Assembly: GCF_001194135.2 (NCBI RefSeq)
Contig: NC_068990.1
Span: forward strand, 14,333,183-14,369,500
Direction of reading: 5' to 3'
Length of the DNA stretch: 36,318 nt
Source of the DNA: Octopus bimaculoides
Taxonomy: Eukaryota
Under the pieces are notes generated by a model, which worked only from the letters and a program-made list of their open reading frames with translations, was not told where the DNA came from and ran no database searches. A program made the translations under genes and the position numbers. Below are positions 1-10,579 of the stretch, piece after piece; the stretch's first letter is position 1; each line of letters begins with the position of its first letter.

Positions 1-191
1 AAAGTTTTTTTTTATTTAGTTATTATTATTAACGCTTTCGTTCGTCTTCGACCTTGTCAATCAAAATTGTGAATGTGCAAACAGTTTGTTCATTTATATA
101 AATCAGGTGGGTTTTTTTATTTATTTTGTTTAGAAGAGGAGAACATTGTTTTTATTGTTTTGCTTTTTTGGATGAGGTTCCAGGACAATGG

Positions 192-253
<62 letters not shown>

Positions 254-262
254 ACAGATAGA
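192..262. repeat. (GATA)n microsatellite
   Basis: Direct tandem GATA run. Confidence 0.95.
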
Positions 263-426
263 CAGGTAGAGAGTGGGAAGCGGAGGGATTTCTTTTCAAT
301 TTGGAATGTATTTACCATTTATTTATTTAGTTAGTTTCTTACATTGTATAGCTACTGGTGACCTCTTTTAGGATGGGAGAAATAATGAAAATAGCATTTT
401 TTTTCTTAAGGTGCCAAGAAGGAAGA

Positions 427-467
<41 letters not shown>

Positions 468-1209
468 CGTGTGTGTACCTGTGAGTTCATGTGTTTGGAA
501 ATATGTCTGTCTACACTGTGTAATTTCGATGTTTTGCATTGAAAAATAAAGTCAGGTTTTTTTTAATTTCATGTTTTTTCATGAACAAACATTTGTACAA
601 TATCTGCAAATTAGAAAGATAAAACACACTGTTATAGAGATGAGTCTCATGTTATAAATNNNNNNNNNNNNNNNNNNNNNNNNNNNNNNNNNNNNNNNNN
701 NNNNNNNNNNNNNNNNNNNNNNNNNNNNNNNNNNNNNNNNNNNNNNNNNNNNNNNNNNNNNNNNNNNNNNNNNNNNNNNNNNNNNNNNNNNNNNNNNNNN
801 NNNNNNNNNNNNNNNNNNNNNNNNNNNNNNNNNNNNNNNNNNNNNNNNNNNNNNNNNNNNNNNNNNNNNNNNNNNNNNNNNNNNNNNNNNNNNNNNNNNN
901 NNNNNNNNNNNNNNNNNNNNNNNNNNNNNNNNNNNNNNNNNNNNNNNNNNNNNNNNNNNNNNNNNNNNNNNNNNNNNNNNNNNNNNNNNNNNNNNNNNNN
1001 NNNNNNNNNNNNNNNNNNNNNNNNNNNNNNNNNNNNNNNNNNNNNNNNNNNNNNNNNNNNNNNNNNNNNNNNNNNNNNNNNNNNNNNNNNNNNNNNNNNN
1101 NNNNNNNNNNCTCTCTCTCTCTTTTCACCACCGCCCTCACTGTCTCTATGCCTACTATTACTCTCGCCCCATCATGAGGAATAGCAACACAGTTTTTTTA
1201 CATTGCTCA

Positions 1210-1940
1210 CAAGTTGCATTGTAAAAGTTCTCAGACTTTTTCAGAAGAGACATTTATTGATTTCAAGGAATTACAAAATTCTAATCTCCTTCGAAGTAGG
1301 ATCCTCTGACTTCAATGCACTTATAGCACTCCAGCTACATCGGTAAGCCCCATCACCATTAAATTCCTCCAAAGTGAAGGTGTCCAGGATCCTTGTAACA
1401 GCCTCCCCCACCTTCAAAACGACTACCCCTTAGATTTTGCCTGGAGAGCAACCAAAAGTCACAAGGAGCAATGTCAGGACTATAGGGAGGGTGAAAGATA
1501 GTTTTGATGGCAAATTCCGTCATGTAATTGGTTATCAGGATGTTCGTCACGGAGCACCCTGGGAACTTTGTACAAATTTTGCGCATGTTCAGGTCTATAT
1601 AAATAATTCTGTGTAAAGTTTCCACACCAACCTCAAACTATTTTATTGTTTTTTGAATGAGGACGACTGTTTTCATTTTGCTTAGTTCGACACGCAACTT
1701 TATAGCATAGTGAGTTTCCAATCATCCAGACTGCATTTTACAACTAGACAGCTGCGAAAAGCAATGTTTAGTATGGTGTATTCAAAGTGCTGTTACAGCC
1801 GTCTCCTTCAATTTGGAATAACAAAAGTCTTCGGGTCAGCTTATTAGATATACAGTAATAATATACTAAAATTACAATAATCCAGGACAGTTATAACAGC
1901 GTCTCCCGACAAAGTCTCAAAACATTTGGAATGCACCTCG
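1210..1940 (-). mobile_element. Internally deleted mariner-type (Tc1/mariner) DNA transposon, ~730 bp
   Basis: Imperfect 30-bp TIRs: caagttgcattgtaaaagttctcagacttt at 1210 vs reverse complement of 1911-1940, 23/30 identical. TA follows 1940; the left flank is CA. The minus strand gives an N-terminal remnant (LETHYAIKLRVELSK), HPPYSPDIAPCDFWL, and C-terminal YKCIEVRGSYFEGD* (stop 1281-1283), all mariner transposase motifs. Confidence 0.85.
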
Positions 1941-1974
1941 TATCACAACTAGCACTAAGCTATTTCTTTACGAT

Positions 1975-2530
1975 CACCACTGAGCCATGGCATTTAGAAC
2001 CATAATCGAATCACGTCATTACAAAGGCTTCTATGATTTCATTACAATCAGCATTGAGTTCTTACGTTATCACCACGGCTTTCTCGGCTGTGCCATTACA
2101 ACCTCGTTTACGTATGCTATGACAATTACAGCTGAATTGTTTCATTGCAATTGGAACTGAGTTTTGTCATTACAGTCACCACTAAGATCTCATTTGAACT
2201 ACCGACACTACCTCATTACAACCACAGTTGAGCAACGTCATTGAAGATGCTTTTGGGGGTGTTTCGTTACTGCCACGGTTGAGCTATATCATTGCAAATA
2301 TTACTGGGCTGTGTCGTCACAAGCATCTCTTAACTGCTTTAATATATCCAGTATTAAGATGAGCATTATCAGTAAAAAAAAAATCGTTGACTTGTGTCAT
2401 TACATCCTCGGTTTACGTGCGTCATTACAAACAAATGTTGCTGGCTGTGTCATAATTGTAAGCGTTGAGATATCATTAAAACCACCAGAGAGCTGAGTCA
2501 GTTAAACCATCACACAGCTGAGTCATTAAA
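1975..2530. repeat. Highly degenerate ~25-bp minisatellite (about 22 units, core GTCATTAC)
   Basis: CATTAC-like cores at 1991, 2017, 2040, 2065, 2094, 2118, 2143, 2168, 2191, 2214, 2239, 2265, 2290, 2315, 2338, 2364, 2398, 2423, 2451, 2474, 2499 and 2524; spacing mostly 23-26 nt. Confidence 0.7.
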
Positions 2531-2600
2531 AATTAAATGTTTTAAATTTTTTATCTCTCTCTCTCCCTTTTTTTTTTTTTTTTNNNNNNNNNNTTTGGTT

Positions 2601-3290
2601 ACAGACATGGCTGGGTGGTAAGACGTTTGCTTCCCGATCACATGGTTCCGGGTTCAGTTGCATTACTGGGCTCCTTGAGCAAGTATCTTCTACTGAAGTC
2701 CCGGGCCAACCAAAACCATGTAAGAGAATTTAGTAGACGGAAACTGAAAGAAGCCTGTTGTATATATGTATGTGAATAGATGTGTGTACATGCAAGCTGG
2801 CAGAAACAGGCGGTGAGCTGGCAGAAACGTTAGCACGCCGGGCGAAATGCTTAGCGGTATTTTGTCTGTCTTTACGTTCTGAGTTCAAATTCCGCAGAGG
2901 TCGACTTTGCCTTTCATCCTTTCGGGGTCGATAAATTAAGTTCCAGTTACGCACTGGGGTTGATGTGATCGACTTAATCCCTTTGTCTGTCCTTGCTTGT
3001 TCCCTCTATGTTTAGCCCCTTGTGGGAAATAAAGAAATAAGATGTGTGTGTATGCGCGCGTGCGTGCGTGTGTGCTTGTGTTTATGCTTGTCCCCTACCA
3101 TCGCTTGACAACCGGTGTTGGCTGGTTTATTTTCTCCGTAACCCAGCAGTTTCTCAAAAGGAGATCGAATGAATATGTACCAGAGTTAGAAAATTAATAA
3201 GTACTGGGTTCGATTTGTTCCACTAAACTCATCAGAGCAGTGCACCAGCATGGCCGCAGCCTAATAACTGAAACAAGTAAGAGGTAAAAA
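2601..3290 (+). mobile_element. tRNA-headed SINE type B (CORE-like body, internal microsatellite), interrupted by a type A SINE
   Basis: Head TGGCTGGGTGGTAAG...GGTTCAGTT (A/B-box-like), body ccttgagcaagtatcttctact, 3' end ccagcatggccgcag...tgaaacaagtaa. Homologous to 5088-5813 (-), 31905-32241, 18301-18450 and 36145-36318. Confidence 0.8.
2809..3042 (+). mobile_element. tRNA-headed SINE type A, full length, nested in the type B SINE
   Basis: ggcggtgagctggcagaaacgttagc...GAGTTCAAATTCC (B-box-like)...cctttcggggtcgataaattaag...gccccttgtgggaaataaagaaataaga; near-identical to 30968-31202. Confidence 0.9.
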
Positions 3291-3363
3291 GTAGAATGCT
3301 TTATTTCGCTTATTTATCAGATTTTCTTTTATATTTAATCATTTTACAAGTTTCTATCATTAA

Positions 3364-3653
3364 CCCATTACCTACAAGTGATCTCATATGAGATCACTTA
3401 AAATTTACAAATTTCGTAATTATCTGTCAATATTTACACATATCTAACCCTTTTGCTATATCTACTAGGTATATTTCTCTGATATTCAAATGAGGTTTGC
3501 TAATTTTTCACCCAATATCTCGCTTATTTCTATTTAAAATGTTATTTTGAAATGCTATTTTGATCATTCCAGCGTGTTTCTAAGGCTGTTTTATGCTAGA
3601 AATCAAAGTTTCATAAACAAATTCCAGTTAATAGAATTATGGGAGGTAATGGG
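3364..3653. mobile_element. piggyBac-like MITE (290 bp)
   Basis: TTAA at 3360-3363 and 3654-3657. TIRs cccattacctac vs (rc) cccattacctcc, 11/12. CCC termini plus a TTAA TSD are diagnostic of piggyBac. Confidence 0.75.
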
Positions 3654-4002
3654 TTAAGCGACATTGGACAATGTCGTCTGAGATATACTGGAAGATGAGA
3701 TATATTTTACTTAAACCATCAGCTAATATATGTGTTACATAAGCTAGAATAATACGCTCGGAAGACTGTTTTTTAAAATGTACTTATATATTCAAATACA
3801 TACACACACACATATACATGTACACATACACACAGATACACACACACACACACACATACACGCACGCTCACATACACACAGAAACATATTTATTTATCCG
3901 AAACGTCATACACTCTCTCTTTTCTTTCCTGAGCGTCCAATAATACTATCAATATCACGTGCTCACTTTGTTGTTTTTTTGTTTTTTTGTTATTGTTTTT
4001 TT

Positions 4003-4035
<33 letters not shown>

Positions 4036-5087
4036 NNNNNNNNNNNNNNNNNNNNNNNNNNNNNNNNNNNNNNNNNNNNNNNNNNNNNNNNNNNNNNNNN
4101 NNNNNNNNNNNNNNNNNNNNNNNNNNNNNNNNNNNNNNNNNNNNNNNNNNNNNNNNNNNNNNNNNNNNNNNNNNNNNNNNNNNNNNNNNNNNNNNNNNNN
4201 NNNNNNNNNNNNNNNNNNNNNNNNNNNNNNNNNNNNNNNNNNNNNNNNNNNNNNNNNNNNNNNNNNNNNNNNNNNNNNNNNNNNNNNNNNNNNNNNNNNN
4301 NNNNNNNNNNNNNNNNNNNNNNNNNNNNNNNNNNNNNNNNNNNNNNNNNNNNNNNNNNNNNNNNNNNNNNNNNACACACGCCCACACACACTATTTTAGT
4401 GAAGCTGAAAAGAGTATCACAACCGTTACCAAGAATTTCACGTGGCTGTTCATCAGACAGTTGTAACACGGAGTAATAAAAAATAAATTCATAAACTGTG
4501 ATTCTGTATAATGGGTTTTGGAGACCAATTCAACGAAAAAGCATTGAAAGTCATTTGAGCAACAACTTTTATGATAACGTTCTACAGAAGAATAAAAAAG
4601 GAATTGAAAAAAATATACTGACAGGAAAAATAATATAATCAGTAATCGAATCGAAAAACATTATATGAAAAAATATATTATTATATTCTGCTTTAATTAC
4701 TTGCAACTTAGTCTGGACAATGTCTGTCATAATTCTGTTTACTTTTTCCAAACGTACCTCCAGTAAATTTCTTTTTTATGTAAAATTTTTCGATTCAGCT
4801 ATTGTTTATATTGTTGTATTTGGGGACGGTCATTTTGCCAATAAACACACGTACACAGTTCTTTCGTCACACATTTTGTGATCTCTTCATCGACTCTCTG
4901 TTTTCTGTGTCTTCTCTTTTCTCTGATCTTGTCCTGTCTATTCCGTCTTATTTATATATTTTTCTGTTAGGGTCAGTCTCCCTTTTTATCCTTCTGCGTA
5001 ACATTATTTTCAAAGTAGTTTCAAAGTAGCACCCTATCAGTTTTAAATCCTTATTCGTGGAATTGCTATCCATAAACATTTATTTAT

Positions 5088-5306
5088 ACTCTTTACTCTT
5101 TTTACTCTTTTACTTGTTTCAGTCATTTTGACCGCGGCCATGCTGGAGCACCGCCTTTAGTCGAGCAAACCGACCCCAAGACTTATTCTTTGTAAGCCTA
5201 GTACTTATTCTATCGGTTTCTTATGCCAAACCGCTAAGTTACGGGGACGTAAACACACCAGCATCGGTTGTCAAGTGAAGTTGGGGGGACAAACACAGAT
5301 ACACAA

Positions 5307-5339
<33 letters not shown>

Positions 5340-5613
5340 NNNNNNNNNNNNNNNNNNNNNNNNNNNNNNNNNNNNNNNNNNNNNNNNNNNNNNNNNNNNN
5401 NNNNNNNNNNNNNNNNNNNNNNNNNNNNNNNNNNNNNNNNNNNNNNNNNNNNNNNNNNNNNNNNNNNNNNNNNNNNNNNNNNNNNNNNNNNNNNNNNNNN
5501 NNNNNNNNNNNNNNNNNNNNNNNNNNNNNNNNNNNNNNNNNNNNNNNNNNNNNNNNNNNNNNNNNNNNNNNNNNNNNNNNNNNNNNNNNNNNNNNNNNNN
5601 NNNNNNNNNNNNN

Positions 5614-5650
<37 letters not shown>

Positions 5651-5813
5651 TACGACGTGCTTCTTTCAGTTTCCATCTACCAAATCCACTCACAGGGCTT
5701 TGGTCGGCCCGAGGCTATAGTAGAAGACACTTGCCCAAGGTGCCACACAGTGGGACTGAACCTGGAACCATGTGGTTCGTAAGCTAGCTACTTACCACGC
5801 AGCACTCCTGCTC
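5088..5813 (-). mobile_element. SINE type B, full length, gap in internal microsatellite
   Basis: Reverse complement of the type B head (5700-5813), gtggcaccttgggcaagtgtcttctactatagcc body, and 3' (AAAGAGT)n-like tail at 5088-5112. Confidence 0.9.
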
Positions 5814-6159
5814 CTATATTCACACTTTATAAAAGTATTTTTAATAGTCTGTATTATAAAATAAAAAGCCTGATGAACGGTCGTTAGAAACACAGAGTAA
5901 CAGTTTCTGAAAGTCTTTTCGGTTTCAGCAGTATAATATATTACTCTAACTTTGGTAATTTAGTGCTATTTTCCCACCTGATTTGATTTGCATCTTAGGC
6001 TTATTTGCACACACTGAGACAGACACAGACACGCTCACGCGCACGCACATATATAATGAGTGAGACAGATGTACATTTGAATTTCTGAACAAGAGTAAAA
6101 TTACTGAATGGGGAACACATACATAATAATTAAGTATATGTTTATATATGGGAGAATAT

Positions 6160-6312
6160 ACAAATAATAACAACAGACGAGGACAGGTGGTGTAAATAAC
6201 AAAAGGATATATTAGTATGACGCTCGGGAATACGGAAAGTCTTTGACGTTTCGAGCTACGCTCTTCAACAGAAAGAATACGTAGACAAGGAGAAAAACAC
6301 GGAGAAAAAAAA
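6160..6312 (-). mobile_element. Penelope-like (PLE) terminal-repeat fragment
   Basis: Homologous to 23545-23700 (+) and carries a minimal hammerhead motif, a known hallmark of PLE terminal repeats. Confidence 0.6.
6240..6276 (-). ncRNA. Minimal type I hammerhead ribozyme-like motif (variant core)
   Basis: Minus strand reads UCUUU-CUGUUGA-A-GAGC-GUA-GCUC-GAA-AC-GU-C-AAAGA: perfect 5-bp helix I, 4-bp helix II, palindromic ACGU in place of helix III, GUC cleavage triplet. Confidence 0.65.
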
Positions 6313-6524
6313 TTAACGCACACGCAACCCTCCCAACAACAAACAAACGTATATGTAGTCTTAGCTTAACATGAAATGATTCCACAAAGTACATTCTCAT
6401 CAAAGGCAACCAGTCTACGAAGGATCAAAGTATAGTATTACATGTATCTTATATAGAAGGTGTAGATAAACAGATTTATATACAGGTAAATGGAAAAGAT
6501 ATCAATAAATGGATGAACAAATAA

Positions 6525-6709
6525 GTGTGTGTGTGTGTGTTAGTGTGTGTTAGTGTGTGTGTGTGTGTGTGTGTATGTATGAGAGCGTATTTGTGTGTGT
6601 GTGTATGTGTGTGTATGTGTGCGTGTGTGTGAGAGAGAGCGTATCTGTGTGTGTGTGTGTGTGTGTATGTGTGTGAGAGAGAGAGCGTATCTGTGTGTAT
6701 GTGTGTGTA

Positions 6710-6740
<31 letters not shown>

Positions 6741-6808
6741 GCGTATCTGTGTGTGTGTGTGTGTGTATGTGTGTGAGAGAGAGAGCGTATCTGTGTGTAT
6801 GTGTGTGT
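6525..6808. repeat. Compound (GT)/(GA) satellite with ~40-bp higher-order unit
   Basis: The anchor gagagcgtat(c/t)tgtgtgt recurs about six times between GT and GA runs; the array continues into the gap. Confidence 0.85.
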
Positions 6809-7559
6809 NNNNNNNNNNNNNNNNNNNNNNNNNNNNNNNNNNNNNNNNNNNNNNNNNNNNNNNNNNNNNNNNNNNNNNNNNNNNNNNNNNNNNNNNNNNN
6901 NNNNNNNNNNNNNNNNNNNNNNNNNNNNNNNNNNNNNNNNNNNNNNNNNNNNNNNNNNNNNNNNNNNNNNNNNNNNNNNNNNNNNNNNNNNNNNNNNNNN
7001 NNNNNNNNNNNNNNNNNNNNNNNNNNNNNNNNNNNNNNNNNNNNNNNNNNNNNNNNNNNNNNNNNNNNNNNNNNNNNNNNNNNNNNNNNNNNNNNNNNNN
7101 NNNNNNNNNNNNNNNNNNNNNNNNNNNNNNNNNNNNNNNNNNNNNNNNNNNNNNNNNNNNNNNNNNNNNNNNNNNNNNNNNNNNNNNNNNNNNNNNNNNN
7201 NNNNNNNNNNNNNNNNNNNNNNNNNNNNNNNNNNNNNNNNNNNNNNNNNNNNNNNNNNNNNNNNNNNNNNNNNNNNNNNNNNNNNNNNNNNNNNNNNNNN
7301 NNNNNNNNNNNNNNNNNNNNNNNNNNNNNNNNNNNNNNNNNNNNNNNNNNNNNNNNNNNNNNNNNNNNNNNNNNNNNNNNNNNNNNNNNNNNNNNNNNNN
7401 NNNNNNNNNNNNNNNNNNNNNNNNNNNNNNNNNNNNNNNNNNNNNNNNNNNNNNNNNNNNNNNNNNNNNNNNNNNNNNNNNNATATATATATATGCATAA
7501 AGAGATCTTTTCTGAAGAGTTCTTGAGTTAACGAGAGCAGGTAAGGCCCACATCCACTG

Positions 7560-7920
7560 GATTGGGGAAATGTAACATTTCGTTACGTCTAAATGAAAGT
7601 TTGTACTCGTATTTTGTCATTTATATATGTGTGGTAAAAATGTATTCCTATCTCTTTATCGACCTGTTACTTTGCCACGGGCACACATTATTTTAGAGCA
7701 TATATTGTTTTGTGCGTATTGTTTTAGATCACTGTTATCCTTACGCAGGGAGGAGACTAGTTTCTCATCACAGGATTTTGTTTTTCCTTCATACGACATG
7801 ACTTTTTCCTCCTCAAAATGCGTCTTCTCTACGCAGATGAACCCCACCTTGCATTTTTCAAAACAGTTTTTAAATTTTTACCGTTTGGGCCTCTCCATTT
7901 TTACTTTTTAGGAAGAGTAC
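7560..7920 (-). pseudogene. Decayed L1/Tx1-like ORF2 apurinic endonuclease N-terminus
   Basis: Minus strand reads MERPKR*KFKTVFEKCKVGFICVEKTHFEEE, resembling the APE start KR..IF..LK..K.DIICLQETH. Stops and frameshifts present. Confidence 0.45.
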
Positions 7921-9244
7921 TTATCCACTTCGACTTCCTCCTGGGCCCCAACCTCATACGTAAACGAGGTGGTACTGCCAATAGTGGTTACTTCCTGGTC
8001 GTTTAGTACTAGCTGTCGTGGATGTGAGCGACTCTCTTTGTCTTCATTATATATAACCGGAACAGCGGTTTAGGGTGTGACAAAACTCGTCCTTCAAAAC
8101 TAAGGACGGGACAATTTTATTTTATTTGTTGAATCACGAGCTGGGCTTTTTGTGTTGCCTTAGGATCGACAATCTCCACGGTTTGTTCTTGCTTTTGTTG
8201 CTTTTGTTGTTTTAGACTTTCGATATATATTTTGTAAAAGGTTGATAGTAACAATAGAGATTTTTGTCCCTCTCTATCACCTTTCAACAAAATTATATAT
8301 TAAGAAACAGTAGAACAATTAACAACATAATAAAATAAGTTTTATTTTTGGTGATGCTTGGCTTTACAAATCCTGTGTCATTCAGCTTAGTAGTCGCTGG
8401 TTAACTTGTAATCGGCATTGGAAGGTTAAGAGCTTCGTTGATGCATGCCAAAGAAGCAAGTTGCTGTCACGTCGAAGGTATCATGCTGAAGAGGGTTAGA
8501 AAACGAANNNNNNNNNNNNNNNNNNNNNNNNNNNNNNNNNNNNNNNNNNNNNNNNNNNNNNNNNNNNNNNNNNNNNNNNNNNNNNNNNNNNNNNNNNNNN
8601 NNNNNNNNNNNNNNNNNNNNNNNNNNNNNNNNNNNNNNNNGGAACCTTAGGCAAATACATTGTCCAAGAGCTATTTTAGCATCTAAAAACATATCTTTTA
8701 TAAATTCTCAATTATTTCTTAACGTGTTATGAATCATTTCAATTATTTCTTTGCATCGTTGCTGTTGACTGGCAGCTTTGCCTAGACTTCAGGGCCTCTT
8801 CTATTTTGCACTTTGTCGTTGCTGAGATGTTGTTTGACATCTTGACTCCAGCCGTCCTTAATCCCTTTTCGGTTTAATTCTTCTATCTGTTTACACGATA
8901 ATCAACTTCTTTTCTTTTTATTTTATTTTCCTTTTCCCTTTCTCTTTTCTTGTTACCTCCTACACTGTGACGATAGTTAAGATTGAATGTTTGCTTACTG
9001 TGCGATGACGGTTAGATTTCAATGTTTGCATATCGCGTTGTGTAAATAAATGGTATTTTTAGTATATCATTCTCTTAGTATAACTATACAGAAACTAATA
9101 TCTCGTTATGTCGATTAATTTCTATTTTCATGGTGTTGTGTAAAAGTAAATTGGACTGAAATGCTAATATAGAGATAAATCTATAACTTATACCTCCATT
9201 TATCTATTTATAAAAGCTCACACTAGTATATACATGTACGACAT

Positions 9245-9361
<117 letters not shown>

Positions 9362-10579
9362 CTTCACAAATCGCGTGTGACGACAAAAGAGGTAGACTTC
9401 AATATTGTTGGAAACAGAGAGTTATATTTATTGAATAATACAGTTATGGAGACTAACATACAGAACTTCAAGTTTCTATGTCAACGATAAGATGATCGCC
9501 ACACTTTTTCAGCTGTTGTAAGCCCGATGCCGGTAGCTCTATCAATTACAAGAAAGAAAGAAAAGAAGCTGTGCCACCGGTGGGAAGTAAAAAAATACAC
9601 TCCGAGCATTTGATTGCACAAGGGAGACAAATCTTTTTTTATTGATTGCCAGAACTTTGATGTGTTAGCTAAAATAATTATAAGGTGTTTATATTAAAGG
9701 ATAGAAATAAAAAACCCACAAAGTAAATAATTTAATAAATATATAAAAGAACGAAGGATAGATCGGTCAGCTTCTTAGAAATGAAATATGAAAAAATGGG
9801 ATTGAAGTTAAAATAATATTATAGCATTGGTTTATAAAAATTTAATATCTAAATACTATGTCGTCACATATTAATCTTTGTTTCTTCTATTTGTTCCACC
9901 AAACCTCTGTGTGTGTGTGTGTGTGCGTGTGCATGCATGTATGTATGTATATGTGTATTATGTATGCATGCGTACATATATGTAGGTAGGTAGGTATGTA
10001 CGTACGTGTCTGTCTGTATGTATGTGTGTGCGTATGTATGCATATTTATATAGTGAGGTGTGTGCTTGAAAGCAGGATGTTATCTACATAAGATTTCTTA
10101 AAATTACGACTAAAATATATGATGACGTAAGTTATTTTTGTAATGAATTATGCTAACTCGGTTGAAATGCACTCCTTAATATATGCATTTGTGTTAAATC
10201 GACCTTGAATTTGCATACTAAAATATATTATGCACTCACCATTTAGAAGCGAATTGCTTGACATAAAATACGTCACTCCTGGACGCACCTATTTAGGCCG
10301 GAATAAAATCCGCCCTCTTTTACAAACAGATATTTATACATACATATTTTCCATTATTAATTTACAGATGCATGTATATCCGGCGTGAGGAGACGTATGC
10401 CAAGAATAGGAGACTATTTTGTGAGTGTGCAATGATTACAATCTCCTGCATTAACACAATTTTCTACTTTGTCTGATAACCAATATAGTTCTGATTACAA
10501 AAACGGTTTTCATCAAGGCTGCTTGTGTCTATAGTTTTCATCAAGATGCAAAGAATTTTTAAAATAAAACATAGCTAGG

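Noticed and set aside
340-395. Possible 20-nt minus-strand microexon (aag|...|gtaaga); similar 17-nt case near 22440-22456
   Set aside because: Such short AG/GT pairs are expected by chance in AT-rich DNA; no supporting neighbouring exons.
1975-2530. CRISPR-like reading of the core-plus-variable array
   Set aside because: Eukaryotic context, core only ~8 nt and degenerate, variable parts are related to each other, no cas genes.
4480-5050. Possible RLE LINE N-terminal remnant on the minus strand
   Set aside because: Only vague similarity; no catalytic or zinc-finger motif to anchor it.
5870-5895. CTGATGA...GAAAC as a hammerhead core
   Set aside because: No adequate helix II loop, no helix I or III pairing, no properly placed NUH.
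652-7553. Long ORFs spanning N-runs (652-1140, 3890-4469, 5234-5787, 6476-7553; also 19013-19741 and 24797-26053)
   Set aside because: They are open only because N codons are not stops; the flanks are microsatellite translations.
8486-8507. CTGAAGA...GAAA as a hammerhead core
   Set aside because: The intervening GGGTTA cannot form helix II and the rest is lost in a gap.
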